Counted from the whole stretch's first letter, positions 1 through 11,005 are shown. The stretch: 61,515 nt of DNA, filler included, from 4 parts of 4 records of this genome joined end to end with filler, not necessarily neighbours in it, one strand, 5' to 3'. Notes: generated by a model not told the origin, from the letters alone. Made by a program: numbers and translations.

Positions 1-286
1 GTTCTAGCTGTCCTACCAGACTTGGACTGACGCCCGCACGCGCCTTTCCCTTGTTCCAGACATTGGAATATTGCAGCTCTGAAGGGCAAGCGGGTCCATC
101 CCGGAGGTTTGGCGGCGCCCCGAAGAGCTTCTAAGGATTAAACTGTGCCATTTACGTAGCTGCGGGCGTTTTAGATATCCAAATCTGCCGGACACGGCTC
201 ACGACCGCGATAGCGTTGTCCGCTAATGGAGATTTGTTCTGTTGGGCAAGCAGGTTGATCCCCAACGACCCCAAACTCGGCCTCTA

Positions 287-1621
287 TTAAACTTTACCAC
301 TCTCAACGGGCTGCAGACCACACCATTCGGCAACAAAAAGCGCTATTACCTTGGTCGTTTCACGCATTGAGGCAAGGTCGGTTCGCTCGAAAGGGGAGTG
401 GCTCCCTTCACCATGGCCGCCATAGCACAGAGTGGGGATATCAAAATAAAGGTCGTACTGCCGGGTATCCGAGGTAGCTGTCTGGCAAAAGGTCTCGAGC
501 GGTTTGCCAGTAACCTGCTCGTGGACTAGGCAAAGCGTTGCCTCGGCGTCTGTACCAGGTTCGAACACGTGGCCATCAGCTTGAAACCCGATCCAGTCGA
601 TCACGGGATCTGTCGAGGCATCCAATCGTCTCGCCGCTTCGGCGATACATGCGCTCACACGCTCACGCATTTTGGGCAAGCTTGTTCCCGGCAGCACCGA
701 AATTCGGCATTCGATCTCGCACCAGGAGGGCACTGAGCCGAGCCAGTCTCCGCCGCGGATCTTGCCAAGGCTGAACTTTACCGGGTTCTCGATGTTGCCG
801 AACCAAGGGTGATCGCGCGCCTCGGAGTTGATCTGGGCAGTCAGCTCGGTCAGATCCTGGGCATACTCGTATCCAGCCAGGATCGCATTGGCTCCTGGCC
901 CTGCGCTTGAGAGTACATGGCCCGGCCTACCAAAGACGCGCACCCGGAACCACACCGAGCCCAACTCGGCGCGCAAAAGCTTGCCGTTGAGACTTTCCGG
1001 GATGAGGGCAGCTTCGGCCCGGTATCCGCGCTCGAGTGTCGCAAGCGCGCCATTGCCCGTACATTCTTCTTCACACACAGTCTCGATGTGAACCCGGGCG
1101 TCGGGAACATAGCCGATGGCTTTAAGGGCATCGAGGGCAAAGACCATTTCGGCGACACCGACTTTCATGTCGTTTGTGCCGCGTCCCGACATCCAGCCGT
1201 CCTTTATCTGGGGTTCGAAGGGCGGGTGGGGCCAGAGCTCGGGCGCACCAGGGGGAACGACATCAATGTGCCCCTGAAGGATCAGGCTTCGACCACCAGG
1301 ATCGGTGACATCATGGGTCGCAACCACGATCAGAGCATCGGCGTAATTGGCCTCGACGACGGGGGAGAACCCAGGTTTTCCCTCGACGTCCACCTCATCG
1401 ATAGTGAAGCTGTCCACGGACCAGCCACGAGCGGCAAATTCGGCCGCCAGCCATGTCTGGCAGGGCGTGATGTTACCCCTGACGCTGTCAAAGGACACAA
1501 GACGGGCCAGCCAGTCGGTCTGGGCTTCATGCAGGTCAGAGAGAACTCCGTCCAACTGCTCGGCCAGTCCGGTTTTGTCCAGTGACATATGCGTTTCTCC
1601 GGGAATTGGTGACATGGTCAC
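287..1621 (-). CDS. M20 family ArgE/DapE-type deacylase (acetylornithine deacetylase-like)
   Basis: 444-aa ORF with M20 motifs GHIDVVP, GRGTNDMK, CEEECTG and C-terminal HSPFE; last gene of the left operon. Start may be the downstream Met (MSLDK). Confidence 0.85.
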   Translation of the reverse strand: MTMSPIPGETHMSLDKTGLAEQLDGVLSDLHEAQTDWLARLVSFDSVRGNITPCQTWLAAEFAARGWSVDSFTIDEVDVEGKPGFSPVVEANYADALIVVATHDVTDPGGRSLILQGHIDVVPPGAPELWPHPPFEPQIKDGWMSGRGTNDMKVGVAEMVFALDALKAIGYVPDARVHIETVCEEECTGNGALATLERGYRAEAALIPESLNGKLLRAELGSVWFRVRVFGRPGHVLSSAGPGANAILAGYEYAQDLTELTAQINSEARDHPWFGNIENPVKFSLGKIRGGDWLGSVPSWCEIECRISVLPGTSLPKMRERVSACIAEAARRLDASTDPVIDWIGFQADGHVFEPGTDAEATLCLVHEQVTGKPLETFCQTATSDTRQYDLYFDIPTLCYGGHGEGSHSPFERTDLASMRETTKVIALFVAEWCGLQPVESGKV

Positions 1622-1643
1622 GGCTCGAGATCAGATAGAATGA

Positions 1644-3311
1644 TCAGCCCTCATACCCATAGATTTCCCTGGCGCGCTCGGGGGTCAAATAGCCGTTCTT
1701 AAGGTCGCGGGCGATGTCTTGGGGGGCACGCTTTTTGGCATCGCCGCATCCTCCACCATTGCCGGTGACCACCCGGATCACATCACCGTCGTTCACCTCA
1801 ACATTTGTGGCAAAGCTGAAGCGCTCGGTGCCCCCCTGGCGACGGATGACTTCGACATAGTTGGGGGAGCCGTCCAGACCGCCTTCAATGCCCCAGGGCG
1901 GGATGCGAGAGCGGGTGTAGCCCAGAGACAGGAAGTTGTGATCGGCGCGGACGCGGTAGTGCACGTCAATGCCTTTGCCGCCCCTCCATTGTCCTTCACC
2001 GCCCGGCTCGGCATTGAGCGCGACCTGATCGACCCAGAGTCCATAGCGTGCCTCGGCCACTTCGGCGGGGCAATTGAACGTTTCTCCGTGAAAGCCCGAG
2101 AACTGACCCGATGGCCCGTCGTGACCCGGCCATGCGCCCCAGCCACCAACTTGTGGTTCCACGATGGTGTAGTGGCGCCCGGTCTCAGGGTGAGGACCAC
2201 CGACTACGGTGCCGCAGATTGAGGCGAAATTGCCGGCCGGCACGATACCGGGGAAGTGATGCGCCAGCGCGCGCAACAGTATGTCAAAGAGCCGGATTTC
2301 AACTTCTGAATAATAGCCCAATGCCCCGGGTTCTTGAACGTGGAAGATGGTGCCGGGCTTTGTCTTGACGTTGAGCGGCCGGAAAAAGCCGCCATTGCCA
2401 GGCGCCTCCGGGTCGGCAAAGGCTTTAAAGGCGAGCTGTACCGCAATCTCGGTACCTTCGCGCGAGGAGTTCGACGAGCCGGCCTGTCCGGGATTGTCGG
2501 TGAGGTCGACGATGAACTCCTCTGCGGTGATGGTCAGCGTCACCTTGTGAATCTGGCCGGTGTCCTGCTCTTCCTCAAAGCTATAGGTGCCATGAGGCAG
2601 TGCTTTCAATGCGGCACGAGCGCGAGTTTCGCCCAGGTCCATATAGTCCGATATGGCCGCTTCGAACGTCGAAGTGCCATACTTGGCGATCAACTCATGG
2701 ATGCGTCGCTCGCCGATGCGCAGGCCCGCGATCCCGGCCCAAAGATCGCCCCGCAAATATTCGGGCAGGCGGGTGTTGGTATAAAGAATGTCGAACACCG
2801 CCGTGTTTTCGCGGCCCTCGTCGAAGAGTTTGACAGCCGGCACGCGAATGCCTTCTTGGAAAATCTCGGTGGCGTCTGAAGACATCGAGCCTGGCACCAT
2901 GCCACCGACATCGTTCCAGTGCGCAATGTTGGCCACCCAGGAGACCAATCTGCCCTCCGCAAAAATCGGCGCGGCGAGCACCATGTCGTTGAGGTGGGTG
3001 ACGCCGCCGTAATAGGGGTCGTTGGAGGCAAAGACGTCGCCCGGCTTGATCGTTTCGAGCGGGAACTTTTTAAAGATGCCGTGGATCGCTTTATCGAGCA
3101 CACCGATAAAGGCCGGAATGCCAGCGCCCGAGGCGGCGATTTCCCCTTTTGCGTCGAGGATCGACGTCGAGAGGTCGAGAACCTCATAGATGATCGCGCT
3201 CATTGAAGCCTTGCGCTGGGCCACGAACATTTCGTCTGCCACAGCTTCAAGGGCGTTTTGAATGATGTCGAAGGTGACGGGGTCGAGGGTCATCTGGTCG
3301 TGCTTGTTCAT
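1644..3311 (-). CDS. Hydantoinase B/oxoprolinase family protein (ATP-dependent lactamase beta subunit)
   Basis: DPVTFDII N-terminus, NDPYYGGVTHLND, AHWNDVGG, EIFQEG, TGNGGG.G. Confidence 0.92.
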   Translation of the reverse strand: MNKHDQMTLDPVTFDIIQNALEAVADEMFVAQRKASMSAIIYEVLDLSTSILDAKGEIAASGAGIPAFIGVLDKAIHGIFKKFPLETIKPGDVFASNDPYYGGVTHLNDMVLAAPIFAEGRLVSWVANIAHWNDVGGMVPGSMSSDATEIFQEGIRVPAVKLFDEGRENTAVFDILYTNTRLPEYLRGDLWAGIAGLRIGERRIHELIAKYGTSTFEAAISDYMDLGETRARAALKALPHGTYSFEEEQDTGQIHKVTLTITAEEFIVDLTDNPGQAGSSNSSREGTEIAVQLAFKAFADPEAPGNGGFFRPLNVKTKPGTIFHVQEPGALGYYSEVEIRLFDILLRALAHHFPGIVPAGNFASICGTVVGGPHPETGRHYTIVEPQVGGWGAWPGHDGPSGQFSGFHGETFNCPAEVAEARYGLWVDQVALNAEPGGEGQWRGGKGIDVHYRVRADHNFLSLGYTRSRIPPWGIEGGLDGSPNYVEVIRRQGGTERFSFATNVEVNDGDVIRVVTGNGGGCGDAKKRAPQDIARDLKNGYLTPERAREIYGYEG

Positions 3312-3314
3312 GTC

Positions 3315-5384
3315 TCAGCCCCGGATTTCGATGTGCGTGTTGCCGTAGTCGTCGATTGTTACGCGATTGCCTGGATGGATGACGACGGTGGTGCCCGGAT
3401 CCTCGATGATCGCCGGGCCGGCAAAGCTCATGCCCGGTTCGAGCTTTTCGCCATCATAGACGGTTGCCTCGTGCTCGCCCTCGGTTGCGTAATCGACCAA
3501 GCGTCTGCCTTTAATGGCGTCGTTTATCGTCGCACCGGTTGAGGGCAGTGGAACGATGTCGAGTTTCCCCACTTCGCTCGATGCGATCAAGTGAATGCCC
3601 GTTACCTCGACGGCGGCGTCGAGCCTGTAGGTGTATTCGCGCTCGTAGGCGACGTGGAAATCGGCAATCATGGATTTGATCGTTTCATCGGTGACAGGGC
3701 CGGCCGCGATCGGAATTTCGACCCCGAATTCTTGGTTTTGGTAGCGACACCGGACCTGGGGCACGAGCTTGACCGCGTCGCGGGCGACGCCTTCGCCGGC
3801 AAACTCGTCGCGGGCCAGCTCCATTGTGTGGTGCAAAAGCGTATCGAGCGAATGTGCGTCGTCTGCGTCCATGAGCTTGGTCGCAAAATAGTCGCGCCGC
3901 AGATCGGACATCATCATGCCCCAGGCCGAAAAGACAGGAGCGCCGCGCGGAATGACGACCTTCTTGACCCCCAGCTCCTGTCCCAGCGCCACCCCGTGCA
4001 TTGGCCCGCCGCCACCGAAGGCGACAAGGGTGAAGTCACGCGGATCAAAGCCCCGGTTCACCGAAACGAGCTTCAGGGCGTTGACCATGTTGGAATTGGC
4101 GATGCGGACGATACCGCGCGCGACCTCGATCGGTGAAATGCCGAGCTTGCCCGACAGGTCTTCAAAGGCGCGTCCGAGGGCCTCCATATCTGCTTCTACG
4201 GTGCCGCCGCAGAAGTAATCCTTGTTGATGCGGCCCAATGCGAGATTGGCATCGGTCGTCGTCGCTTCGGTTCCGCCGCGCCCATAGGCAGCCGGGCCTG
4301 GCGCGGCACCCGCGGAATGGGGCCCGACGTGCATTTTGCCAAAATCGTCCACCCATGCAATCGACCCGCCGCCATTTCCGATTTCGACCAGATCGACAAC
4401 GGGAACCATGATCGGGTAACCCGCCGAGCGCTTGTCGCGCTCGATCCAATAATCGGTCTTTACCGTGGCTTGGCCGTTAAGGATCAGCGAGCACTTGGCG
4501 GTGGTGCCGCCGATATCGAGTGCCAGGACATCGGGTTCTCCAATGATCCGGCCCAGTTCCGCTGCCCCCCAAAAGCCCGAGGCCGGTCCGCTCTCGACCA
4601 TGGTAATCGGGACCGCCTTGGTGGCCTGGAGGGAGTCGACGCCGCAATTGGACTGCATGATAAAGAGTTGCCCGCGATAGCCCTTGTCCTTGAGGCCGGT
4701 CTCGAGCTTTTCAAGGTAGCGCTGAGCTTTGGGCTGCACATAAGCTGAAAGAACGGTTGTGTTTGTGCGTTCGTATTCGCGCCATTCGCGGGTGATTTGG
4801 TGGGAGGCGACGACGGTGACGTCGGGCCAGCGCTTTTGCACCTCTGCGGCGAGTGCGGCTTCATGAGCGGTGTTGGCGTAGGCATGGAGCAGGCAGATCG
4901 CGACCGCTTGGACGTCCTCGGCCCGGAAGAGCTCAAGTGTCTCATCCAGCGTGTCGAAGCTGAGAGGAGTTACCTCATTGCCGTGGTAATCCATGCGCCC
5001 CACGATTTCGCGGCGGAGATATCGCTCCACGAAGGGGGCAGGCTTTTGGTACATCAAGTTAAAAAAGTCTGGCCGGTTGCCCCGACCAATCTCGAGGGAA
5101 TCCCGGAACCCCTTGGTGGTAATCAGGCCCACTTTCGCCCCTTTGCGCTCGGTGAGGGCATTGATGACGACTGTGGTGCCGTGCGCGAACATGTCGATCG
5201 CGCCAATATCGATATTGGCGCGTTCAAGTACGTTGAGCACGCCTTGTTCGAAATTGGGCGGAGTGGTGTCTGATTTTGCGGTGCGCACCTTTTGCGTCCC
5301 GGTATTAATGTCTGTTTCGAAAAAAACGAGGTCGGTGAAGGTGCCGCCGACATCGGTCGAAACGCGGGTAATTGTCTCAGCCAT
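3315..5384 (-). CDS. Hydantoinase A/oxoprolinase family protein (ATP-binding alpha subunit)
   Basis: DVGGTFTD, HGTTVVINA, ESGPASG, DIGGTT, FGGGGPMH; start moved to ATG at 5384 behind GGAGA RBS. Confidence 0.92.
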   Translation of the reverse strand: MAETITRVSTDVGGTFTDLVFFETDINTGTQKVRTAKSDTTPPNFEQGVLNVLERANIDIGAIDMFAHGTTVVINALTERKGAKVGLITTKGFRDSLEIGRGNRPDFFNLMYQKPAPFVERYLRREIVGRMDYHGNEVTPLSFDTLDETLELFRAEDVQAVAICLLHAYANTAHEAALAAEVQKRWPDVTVVASHQITREWREYERTNTTVLSAYVQPKAQRYLEKLETGLKDKGYRGQLFIMQSNCGVDSLQATKAVPITMVESGPASGFWGAAELGRIIGEPDVLALDIGGTTAKCSLILNGQATVKTDYWIERDKRSAGYPIMVPVVDLVEIGNGGGSIAWVDDFGKMHVGPHSAGAAPGPAAYGRGGTEATTTDANLALGRINKDYFCGGTVEADMEALGRAFEDLSGKLGISPIEVARGIVRIANSNMVNALKLVSVNRGFDPRDFTLVAFGGGGPMHGVALGQELGVKKVVIPRGAPVFSAWGMMMSDLRRDYFATKLMDADDAHSLDTLLHHTMELARDEFAGEGVARDAVKLVPQVRCRYQNQEFGVEIPIAAGPVTDETIKSMIADFHVAYEREYTYRLDAAVEVTGIHLIASSEVGKLDIVPLPSTGATINDAIKGRRLVDYATEGEHEATVYDGEKLEPGMSFAGPAIIEDPGTTVVIHPGNRVTIDDYGNTHIEIRG

Positions 5385-5483
5385 CGCAGGTCTCCTGGCA
5401 AGGCGGGGAGGGCAGCGGGATGCATCCGGCGCCGCAAATAGTGTGGTTGGTGAGGCTCGTTGGACCAAGCCTCCCAAAGGTTG

Positions 5484-6458
5484 TCAGCGCCGAGAGGCAG
5501 ATGCGGCCAATGCGACGGCGATCACGATGATCACGCCGGTGGTTAGGTCCTTAAAGAACGGGTTGACGTTCAGGATGTTGAATCCGTTGCCGATCAAGGC
5601 GATCAGCAACACGCCAGAGACTGACCGCCAGACGGCACCGGAGCCGCCCATGATCGAGGTCCCGCCAAGGATCACCGCCGCAATGGCCTCGAGCTCCATG
5701 CCCACGCCGGCCTGCGGTTCTGCCATCGAAATCCGCGAGACGCTGATCACGCCGGCGAGGCCAGCGGCACCGCCGGAAAGGCAAAACGTCATGATCTTGA
5801 TCAGTTTCGTGCGGATGCCCGAAAGGAGCGCTGCTTCCTCATTTCCTCCGACGGCAAAGACCTTGCGCCCAAAGGTCGTGTGATTGAGCAGGAATGTCAT
5901 CAGGGCCATGAACACAAACAGGACAATCACGGCGACGTTGACCATTCCTATGCGCTCTCGGCCCAGCCATGAGAATTCAGGCGTACGAACGGGGATAAGC
6001 GCGCCCCCGGTAATCAAGATTGCGACCCCGCGATAGACCAGGCTGGTTGCTAGAGTGACCAGGAAGGAGTGGACGCCAAATCCGGTAATGATCACTCCAT
6101 TAATTCCGCCCAACATCAGCCCGATAACAGGGCCAGCGACGATGGCAAGGTAGGGATCCACGTTGATGGCTAGCCAGCCGGCAGAAACCGAGGCCACACC
6201 AAATATTGCGCCGGTAGAGAGGTCGAACCCGCCCCCAATGATAACCAGTGTCAAAGCGCAAGCGATAATGGCCAGCGGTGCGCTCTGATTGAGGATATTG
6301 AGCAGGTTGCGTGCGGTGAGGAAATTTTCAGAAGCGAAACTGAGCCCGATCAAAAGGGCGGCGATAATGATTAGCACGCCGTATTGGCGGGCAAAGTCGC
6401 CGACCGCAATCCAGTTGACGCCTTGTCTTTTGCTTGTTGGCAAATGTGCTTCGCTCAT
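5484..6458 (-). CDS. Sugar-type (CUT2/RbsC-like) ABC transporter permease
   Basis: Hydrophobic; GGFDLS, FGRKVFAVGGNEEAA, ELEAIAAVILGGTS; ATG overlaps ATPase stop (ATGA). Confidence 0.9.
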   Translation of the reverse strand: MSEAHLPTSKRQGVNWIAVGDFARQYGVLIIIAALLIGLSFASENFLTARNLLNILNQSAPLAIIACALTLVIIGGGFDLSTGAIFGVASVSAGWLAINVDPYLAIVAGPVIGLMLGGINGVIITGFGVHSFLVTLATSLVYRGVAILITGGALIPVRTPEFSWLGRERIGMVNVAVIVLFVFMALMTFLLNHTTFGRKVFAVGGNEEAALLSGIRTKLIKIMTFCLSGGAAGLAGVISVSRISMAEPQAGVGMELEAIAAVILGGTSIMGGSGAVWRSVSGVLLIALIGNGFNILNVNPFFKDLTTGVIIVIAVALAASASRR

Positions 6459-7996
6459 ACGGCGATTCCTTCTTTTGGGTGTTTTTCCTGACCCTGTTGG
6501 CGAAAGATGTGTTTGAGCGCATCTTGGACGGTAAGCTCGCGGCAATCGGCTTGGGCAAAAATTCGGCCCTCGCTCATCAGATACCCGCGATGGGAGAGGT
6601 TGATGACTTCTTCGAGCTCTGAGGAGATCAGCAATACCCCAACGCCGGCTGCTGCCATTTCCACAATGAACTCATGAATGCGCTGGCGGGCGCCGATATC
6701 GACGCCGCGGCTTGGCTCATCGAGGATCAATAGCTTGGGCCGTTCCACTGCCCATTTTGACAGGAGGACCTTTTGCTGATTGCCGCCGGAGTAGAATGCG
6801 ACCTCGCCGTCAACCTTGCCTGGAATGATGCCAAAATGTTCAATCATTTTGGCAACGCGATCGCGTTCGCGGCGACGGTTGACGATGCCCAGTCGGCTGA
6901 TCTGGTCAAGTGAGGCCAAACTGACATTGGGGCGTGTGGTTTGGCTCAGAACGAGACCTTCCTTGCGTCGGTCTTCTGGCACAAGGGCAACCCCCTTCTT
7001 CACAGCCTGGTGGATCGTGAGGTTTTTCTGGACGTCTCCATCGAGAATGTAGGTGCCCCACAATATGCGGTCCGCTCCAAAGAGCGCGCGCCCCACTTCG
7101 GTGCGCCCAGCACCCACCAGACCGATTAGGCCCACTATCTCACCTGGCCGAATGGTGAGGGAGATATTGCTGAGCCCGCTTGTGGTCGCGACCTCGCGCA
7201 TTTCAGCGATTGGTGACACGGAGTTCGCTGGAGCAGGGGGGAGCTGGGGCCAGATAATTTCTGACGCCTTGCCCAGCATTGAGTCGACCAAAGACTGCTT
7301 CGTCTCGCCCGCGATGGCGTCTGTGCGGATAACTTCTCCGTCGCGCATCACGGTGACCCGATCACAGGTTGATAGGATGTGGTCGAGGAAGTGGCTGACA
7401 TAGATAATGGTTGTGCCGCGTGATTTGAGGCGGGCGATCAGGCTATGGAGGCGGTCGGCCTCATCCTCGGTCAGCGAGGAGGTCGGCTCGTCCATGATGA
7501 TGACATTGGCCTCTCGCGCGACGGCACGCATGATCTCGACCTTTTGGCGCTCAGCAATACGCAGCGACGCCACTTTCGCATTGGGGTCGAGACCAAATTC
7601 GCAGGTCTGTTCAAGGGTTTTAAATCTCGCGAGATCGCCTTTGACCAGCACTCCGGCGCGATTGGTTTCTTGTCCAAGAAACACGTTCTGGAGAACCGTC
7701 AGCTCGGGAACGAGTTGAAGTTCTTGATGGATCATGGCGATGCCACGTTTGAGCGCATCGCGGGGTGAGAACCGTGTAACCGTGTCTCCTTCGATTTCCA
7801 CGTTTCCTTCATCGGCTGAATAGTATCCGCCAATGATCTTGCCGACGCTTGATTTGCCTGCGCCGTTTTCGCCCACAAGTGCGTGCACGGTGCCTTTGAA
7901 AAAATCGATCGTGATATCGTTGAGGATGCGGGTGCCGCCAAAACTCTTGGCAACGCCCTTTACACGAACGGCGACTTCAGGTGCGGTCATGACCAT
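6455..7996 (-). CDS. Sugar ABC transporter ATP-binding protein (RbsA-like, two NBDs)
   Basis: GENGAGKS, IMDEPT, VPEDRR, SGGNQQK, DEPSRGVDIG. Confidence 0.92.
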   Translation of the reverse strand: MVMTAPEVAVRVKGVAKSFGGTRILNDITIDFFKGTVHALVGENGAGKSSVGKIIGGYYSADEGNVEIEGDTVTRFSPRDALKRGIAMIHQELQLVPELTVLQNVFLGQETNRAGVLVKGDLARFKTLEQTCEFGLDPNAKVASLRIAERQKVEIMRAVAREANVIIMDEPTSSLTEDEADRLHSLIARLKSRGTTIIYVSHFLDHILSTCDRVTVMRDGEVIRTDAIAGETKQSLVDSMLGKASEIIWPQLPPAPANSVSPIAEMREVATTSGLSNISLTIRPGEIVGLIGLVGAGRTEVGRALFGADRILWGTYILDGDVQKNLTIHQAVKKGVALVPEDRRKEGLVLSQTTRPNVSLASLDQISRLGIVNRRRERDRVAKMIEHFGIIPGKVDGEVAFYSGGNQQKVLLSKWAVERPKLLILDEPSRGVDIGARQRIHEFIVEMAAAGVGVLLISSELEEVINLSHRGYLMSEGRIFAQADCRELTVQDALKHIFRQQGQEKHPKEGIAV

Positions 7997-8014
7997 CCTT
8001 TCGGCTTTCGATTA

Positions 8015-8044
8015 CGGGTCGGCGCCGTAAACCGCGCCGACCCG
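8015..8044 (-). terminator. GC-rich hairpin after the binding-protein gene (mRNA stabiliser or partial terminator)
   Basis: CGGGTCGGCG-N10-CGCCGACCCG perfect 10-bp stem. Confidence 0.55.
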
Positions 8045-8057
8045 AAAACAGACTAGA

Positions 8058-9050
8058 TCAACCCTGCCATTCTGCTTCGAAGTCGGGATTTTCCTCGAGC
8101 CATTCCTGGGTCACGATGGCCGGGGACTCGCCGAGCTTGGATTCATCGATCCAGGTCTCGACTTCTTCGCCTCTGATGGCGGCAACCATCGAGTGCAACG
8201 CAGCTTCGCCCATCGAACGCGGAAACTGGGCGAGTGAAGCATCCCACATTCCAGAACGAATGGCATCGACAGCGATCTGGTTGAGCCCGGCGCCGATGAG
8301 ATAGATTTCTTCAAGATCCAGGCCCGCGTCCTGAATGGCGATTTCTGCGCCCATCAGGTGCTGGTCAGCGTTCGAGAGCACGACATCGACATCGCGATTG
8401 GACTGCAAAATATCTTGCATCGCCGTCATCGAGGCTTCCGGGCTGTAATTGCCCTCACCGGTAGCCACGATCTCGATATTGTCGTGTTCGCCCAGAACCG
8501 TCTGGTAGGTTTCGTAGCGCAGGTTGTCGAAAGGGAAGACCAGCTGGCCGATCAGCACAACCACCTTGCAGGGATCTTTGTCCTCACAATAGGCGACCAC
8601 GTCTTCTGCCTGACGCGCCGCGCCGATCGAGGGATCGGACGCCACCGTAGTGACGAGGCCTTCGACTTGGGGCTCCATGTTGGAGAGGTCAGGACCGATG
8701 GGGAACAAGGTTGCGGCGGTTTTTACACCGGCCGCTGCTGCGGTTTCGAGTGCTGTGGCAATACCGACGGTGTCGTTGGGCGTGACGATCATGCCATCGA
8801 AACGCTGGGCGGCAACGAGATCTTCGACCTGGCTGAACTGGACAGGCGCTGAGAACTCGCCGTCAAAGATCTCAACCGACACGTTGTCGTATTCCTCGGC
8901 GGCGCGTTGGATGCCGTCATAGATGGCTTGATTGAACCCGTTCTGGCTGGACGATGCGAGGTACGCGATAGAAATTGCATCGTCCTGTGCCATCGCGGGC
9001 ACTGGCGTTAGGACCGTTGCGAGAACGGCGAGCTTGGTCATTGTCTTCAT
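8058..9050 (-). CDS. Periplasmic sugar-type ABC substrate-binding protein
   Basis: Signal peptide ending AMA/QDD; PBP1-type pattern (QFSQVEDLVAAQRFDGMIVTP). Confidence 0.88.
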   Translation of the reverse strand: MKTMTKLAVLATVLTPVPAMAQDDAISIAYLASSSQNGFNQAIYDGIQRAAEEYDNVSVEIFDGEFSAPVQFSQVEDLVAAQRFDGMIVTPNDTVGIATALETAAAAGVKTAATLFPIGPDLSNMEPQVEGLVTTVASDPSIGAARQAEDVVAYCEDKDPCKVVVLIGQLVFPFDNLRYETYQTVLGEHDNIEIVATGEGNYSPEASMTAMQDILQSNRDVDVVLSNADQHLMGAEIAIQDAGLDLEEIYLIGAGLNQIAVDAIRSGMWDASLAQFPRSMGEAALHSMVAAIRGEEVETWIDESKLGESPAIVTQEWLEENPDFEAEWQG

Positions 9051-9079
9051 AGCTAAATTCTCCCTTTGAACTATGAGGT

Positions 9080-9664
9080 TTAGATATGTGGACGCGCCTC
9101 ATGAGTTTGACGCGCGCCTTCGGTGATCGCCCCTTGCGAGGTGGGACGGCCAAGGAAGTTCGCTGACTCGGGCCCCTCAGCCACGAGTAAGAGAAAACTT
9201 AAAGTCACAAGCGGCTGCCATTTCATGGCGGCGGCGACGCGATCCGGGGTGTAGTGGCCGGTCTTTTCAAGAAGATTGATGGTGCCCAGCACCTTGCCGT
9301 TCGCCACGGCTGGCACATTGAGATTGGATCCATAGCCCAGAGCCTGGATGTGCTCCCAGTCAAAAAAGACCTCAGCGAGTTCTTCAATTGTTGTGCTTGA
9401 AAACGGCTTCGCGGCTTCAACCACCAACTGGTAGAACCGGTTGCGGTCGAGCCTTTTGAAGTTGCCAAGGGCATAAGCAGCGTCGTTGTCGGTAAAGACG
9501 CGCCGGGTGCGCATTGTCCGGAGGTCGTAGAGTGAGGCGGTCATCAGCCCGCATCCGATCTCGCGGATCAGACCATCGCGCACATAGCCAAACAAGGAGA
9601 CCGCAGATTGCGGTTGGGCCAGGAACTGGCAAATCCTGGCTGCGTTGTAGGTGCCATCACTCAT
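9080..9664 (-). CDS. Stand-alone GAF-domain protein
   Basis: LGYGSNLNVPAVANGKVLGTINLL GAF signature; no output domain; ATGA-coupled to the upstream amidohydrolase. Confidence 0.75.
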   Translation of the reverse strand: MSDGTYNAARICQFLAQPQSAVSLFGYVRDGLIREIGCGLMTASLYDLRTMRTRRVFTDNDAAYALGNFKRLDRNRFYQLVVEAAKPFSSTTIEELAEVFFDWEHIQALGYGSNLNVPAVANGKVLGTINLLEKTGHYTPDRVAAAMKWQPLVTLSFLLLVAEGPESANFLGRPTSQGAITEGARQTHEARPHI

Positions 9665-10905
9665 GAGTGGCGGCCCTCCGGGTGAGCCATTTCGCGTACG
9701 GTGCGCCCGGATTTGATGACGCGCGTGATATAGGTTTGAGGCTTGCCCAGAATAGTGACGTCTGCGAATGGGTCGGCATCGACGACGATCATGTCGGCGC
9801 GGGCGCCCTCTCTAATGGTCCCTACTTTTCCATCCAATCCACACAGGCGTGCACCCACCTCGGTTGCGCTGCGAATGATCTGTGCTGGCGTGAGCACTTT
9901 GGCCAGAAGGTCAAATTCCATGCCGCCATACTTGCGCAATTGACCCAAGAGGTCGGTGCCAAAGGCCATGGACAGGCCGGCGTCGCGCATAATGGCAAGG
10001 CTCTCCAGTCCCCGATCACGCACCACATCAATCTTTGCCTGTTCGGCTTGCCCAAGCCCAAGTGCGGCCCCTTCGAGCTTGAGCCCCTCGTAGGCGACCA
10101 GGGTCGGAACGGCGATACACCCGGCATCTGCAGCGCGCCGGGCGGTTTCGGGGGTAATCAGGTTGCAGTGCTCAAGGGAATGCACTCCGAGATCCACACA
10201 GCGGCGAATGGCGGCATCGTGATAGACATGGGCGGCAACATAGGTGTTGGCATTCTTGGCTTCCTCGACCATTGCCAGGATTTCCGCATCGGAATACTGG
10301 ATGGAGTCAATGGGATCATTGGGTGAGGACACCCCACCATTGGCCATAACTTTTATGAATTTGGCGCCTTCCTTGAGCATCTTGCGGCACGTGGCGCGAA
10401 CGTTATCGACACCATCGACCAGGATGCCCATATTCCCCAGCCGCCATCCCAGGGCGTCGGGGCGGATATCGGTGCGCTCACGAAGATCGGTGTGTCCGCC
10501 TGTCATCGAGAGGCCCTTGCCACAGATGACGAGGTTGGGGCCGTCGATGTATCCTTCTTCCACGGCACGTACGAGGCCCAGATCGGCGCCGCCCAGGTCC
10601 CGCACAGTGGTGAATCCGCGAGTTAAAAGCTCTTCCATAACCGCCCCGGCGCGAAAGGCTGCCAGAGAATCTGGAGCAATGGCATTGCTCCAGAGGTTGA
10701 GGGTGTGGGCGACGACGTGGAAATGACTGTCGATCAGACCCGGCATGAGCGTTTGTCCACCCAGATCGATGACCTCAGCGTTAGCCGGCGCAGGCTGGCC
10801 GATGCTCGCGATTGTGTCGCCGTCAGTTGTTACGGTCGTCGGCGCTGTGCGCGCTTCGCGCTCCAAATCGAGCAATCGGGCGTTGGTATAGGCTGTTGCG
10901 GTCAT
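9661..10905 (-). CDS. Metal-dependent amidohydrolase (prolidase-like dipeptidase/carboxypeptidase subfamily)
   Basis: PGLIDSHFH, GFTTVRDLGG, IKVMANGGV, AAH, SLEH, FGTD, GARADMIVVD. Confidence 0.88.
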   Translation of the reverse strand: MTATAYTNARLLDLEREARTAPTTVTTDGDTIASIGQPAPANAEVIDLGGQTLMPGLIDSHFHVVAHTLNLWSNAIAPDSLAAFRAGAVMEELLTRGFTTVRDLGGADLGLVRAVEEGYIDGPNLVICGKGLSMTGGHTDLRERTDIRPDALGWRLGNMGILVDGVDNVRATCRKMLKEGAKFIKVMANGGVSSPNDPIDSIQYSDAEILAMVEEAKNANTYVAAHVYHDAAIRRCVDLGVHSLEHCNLITPETARRAADAGCIAVPTLVAYEGLKLEGAALGLGQAEQAKIDVVRDRGLESLAIMRDAGLSMAFGTDLLGQLRKYGGMEFDLLAKVLTPAQIIRSATEVGARLCGLDGKVGTIREGARADMIVVDADPFADVTILGKPQTYITRVIKSGRTVREMAHPEGRHS

Positions 10906-11005
10906 ATCGGCCCCATGGGATCGGCTGTGAGCGCCACACGTTGATTTCCCGCCGACCTGGCATCTTGTTTGTCCGGCGCCAGATCAGCACTGCTGGGCAT
11001 ATGTT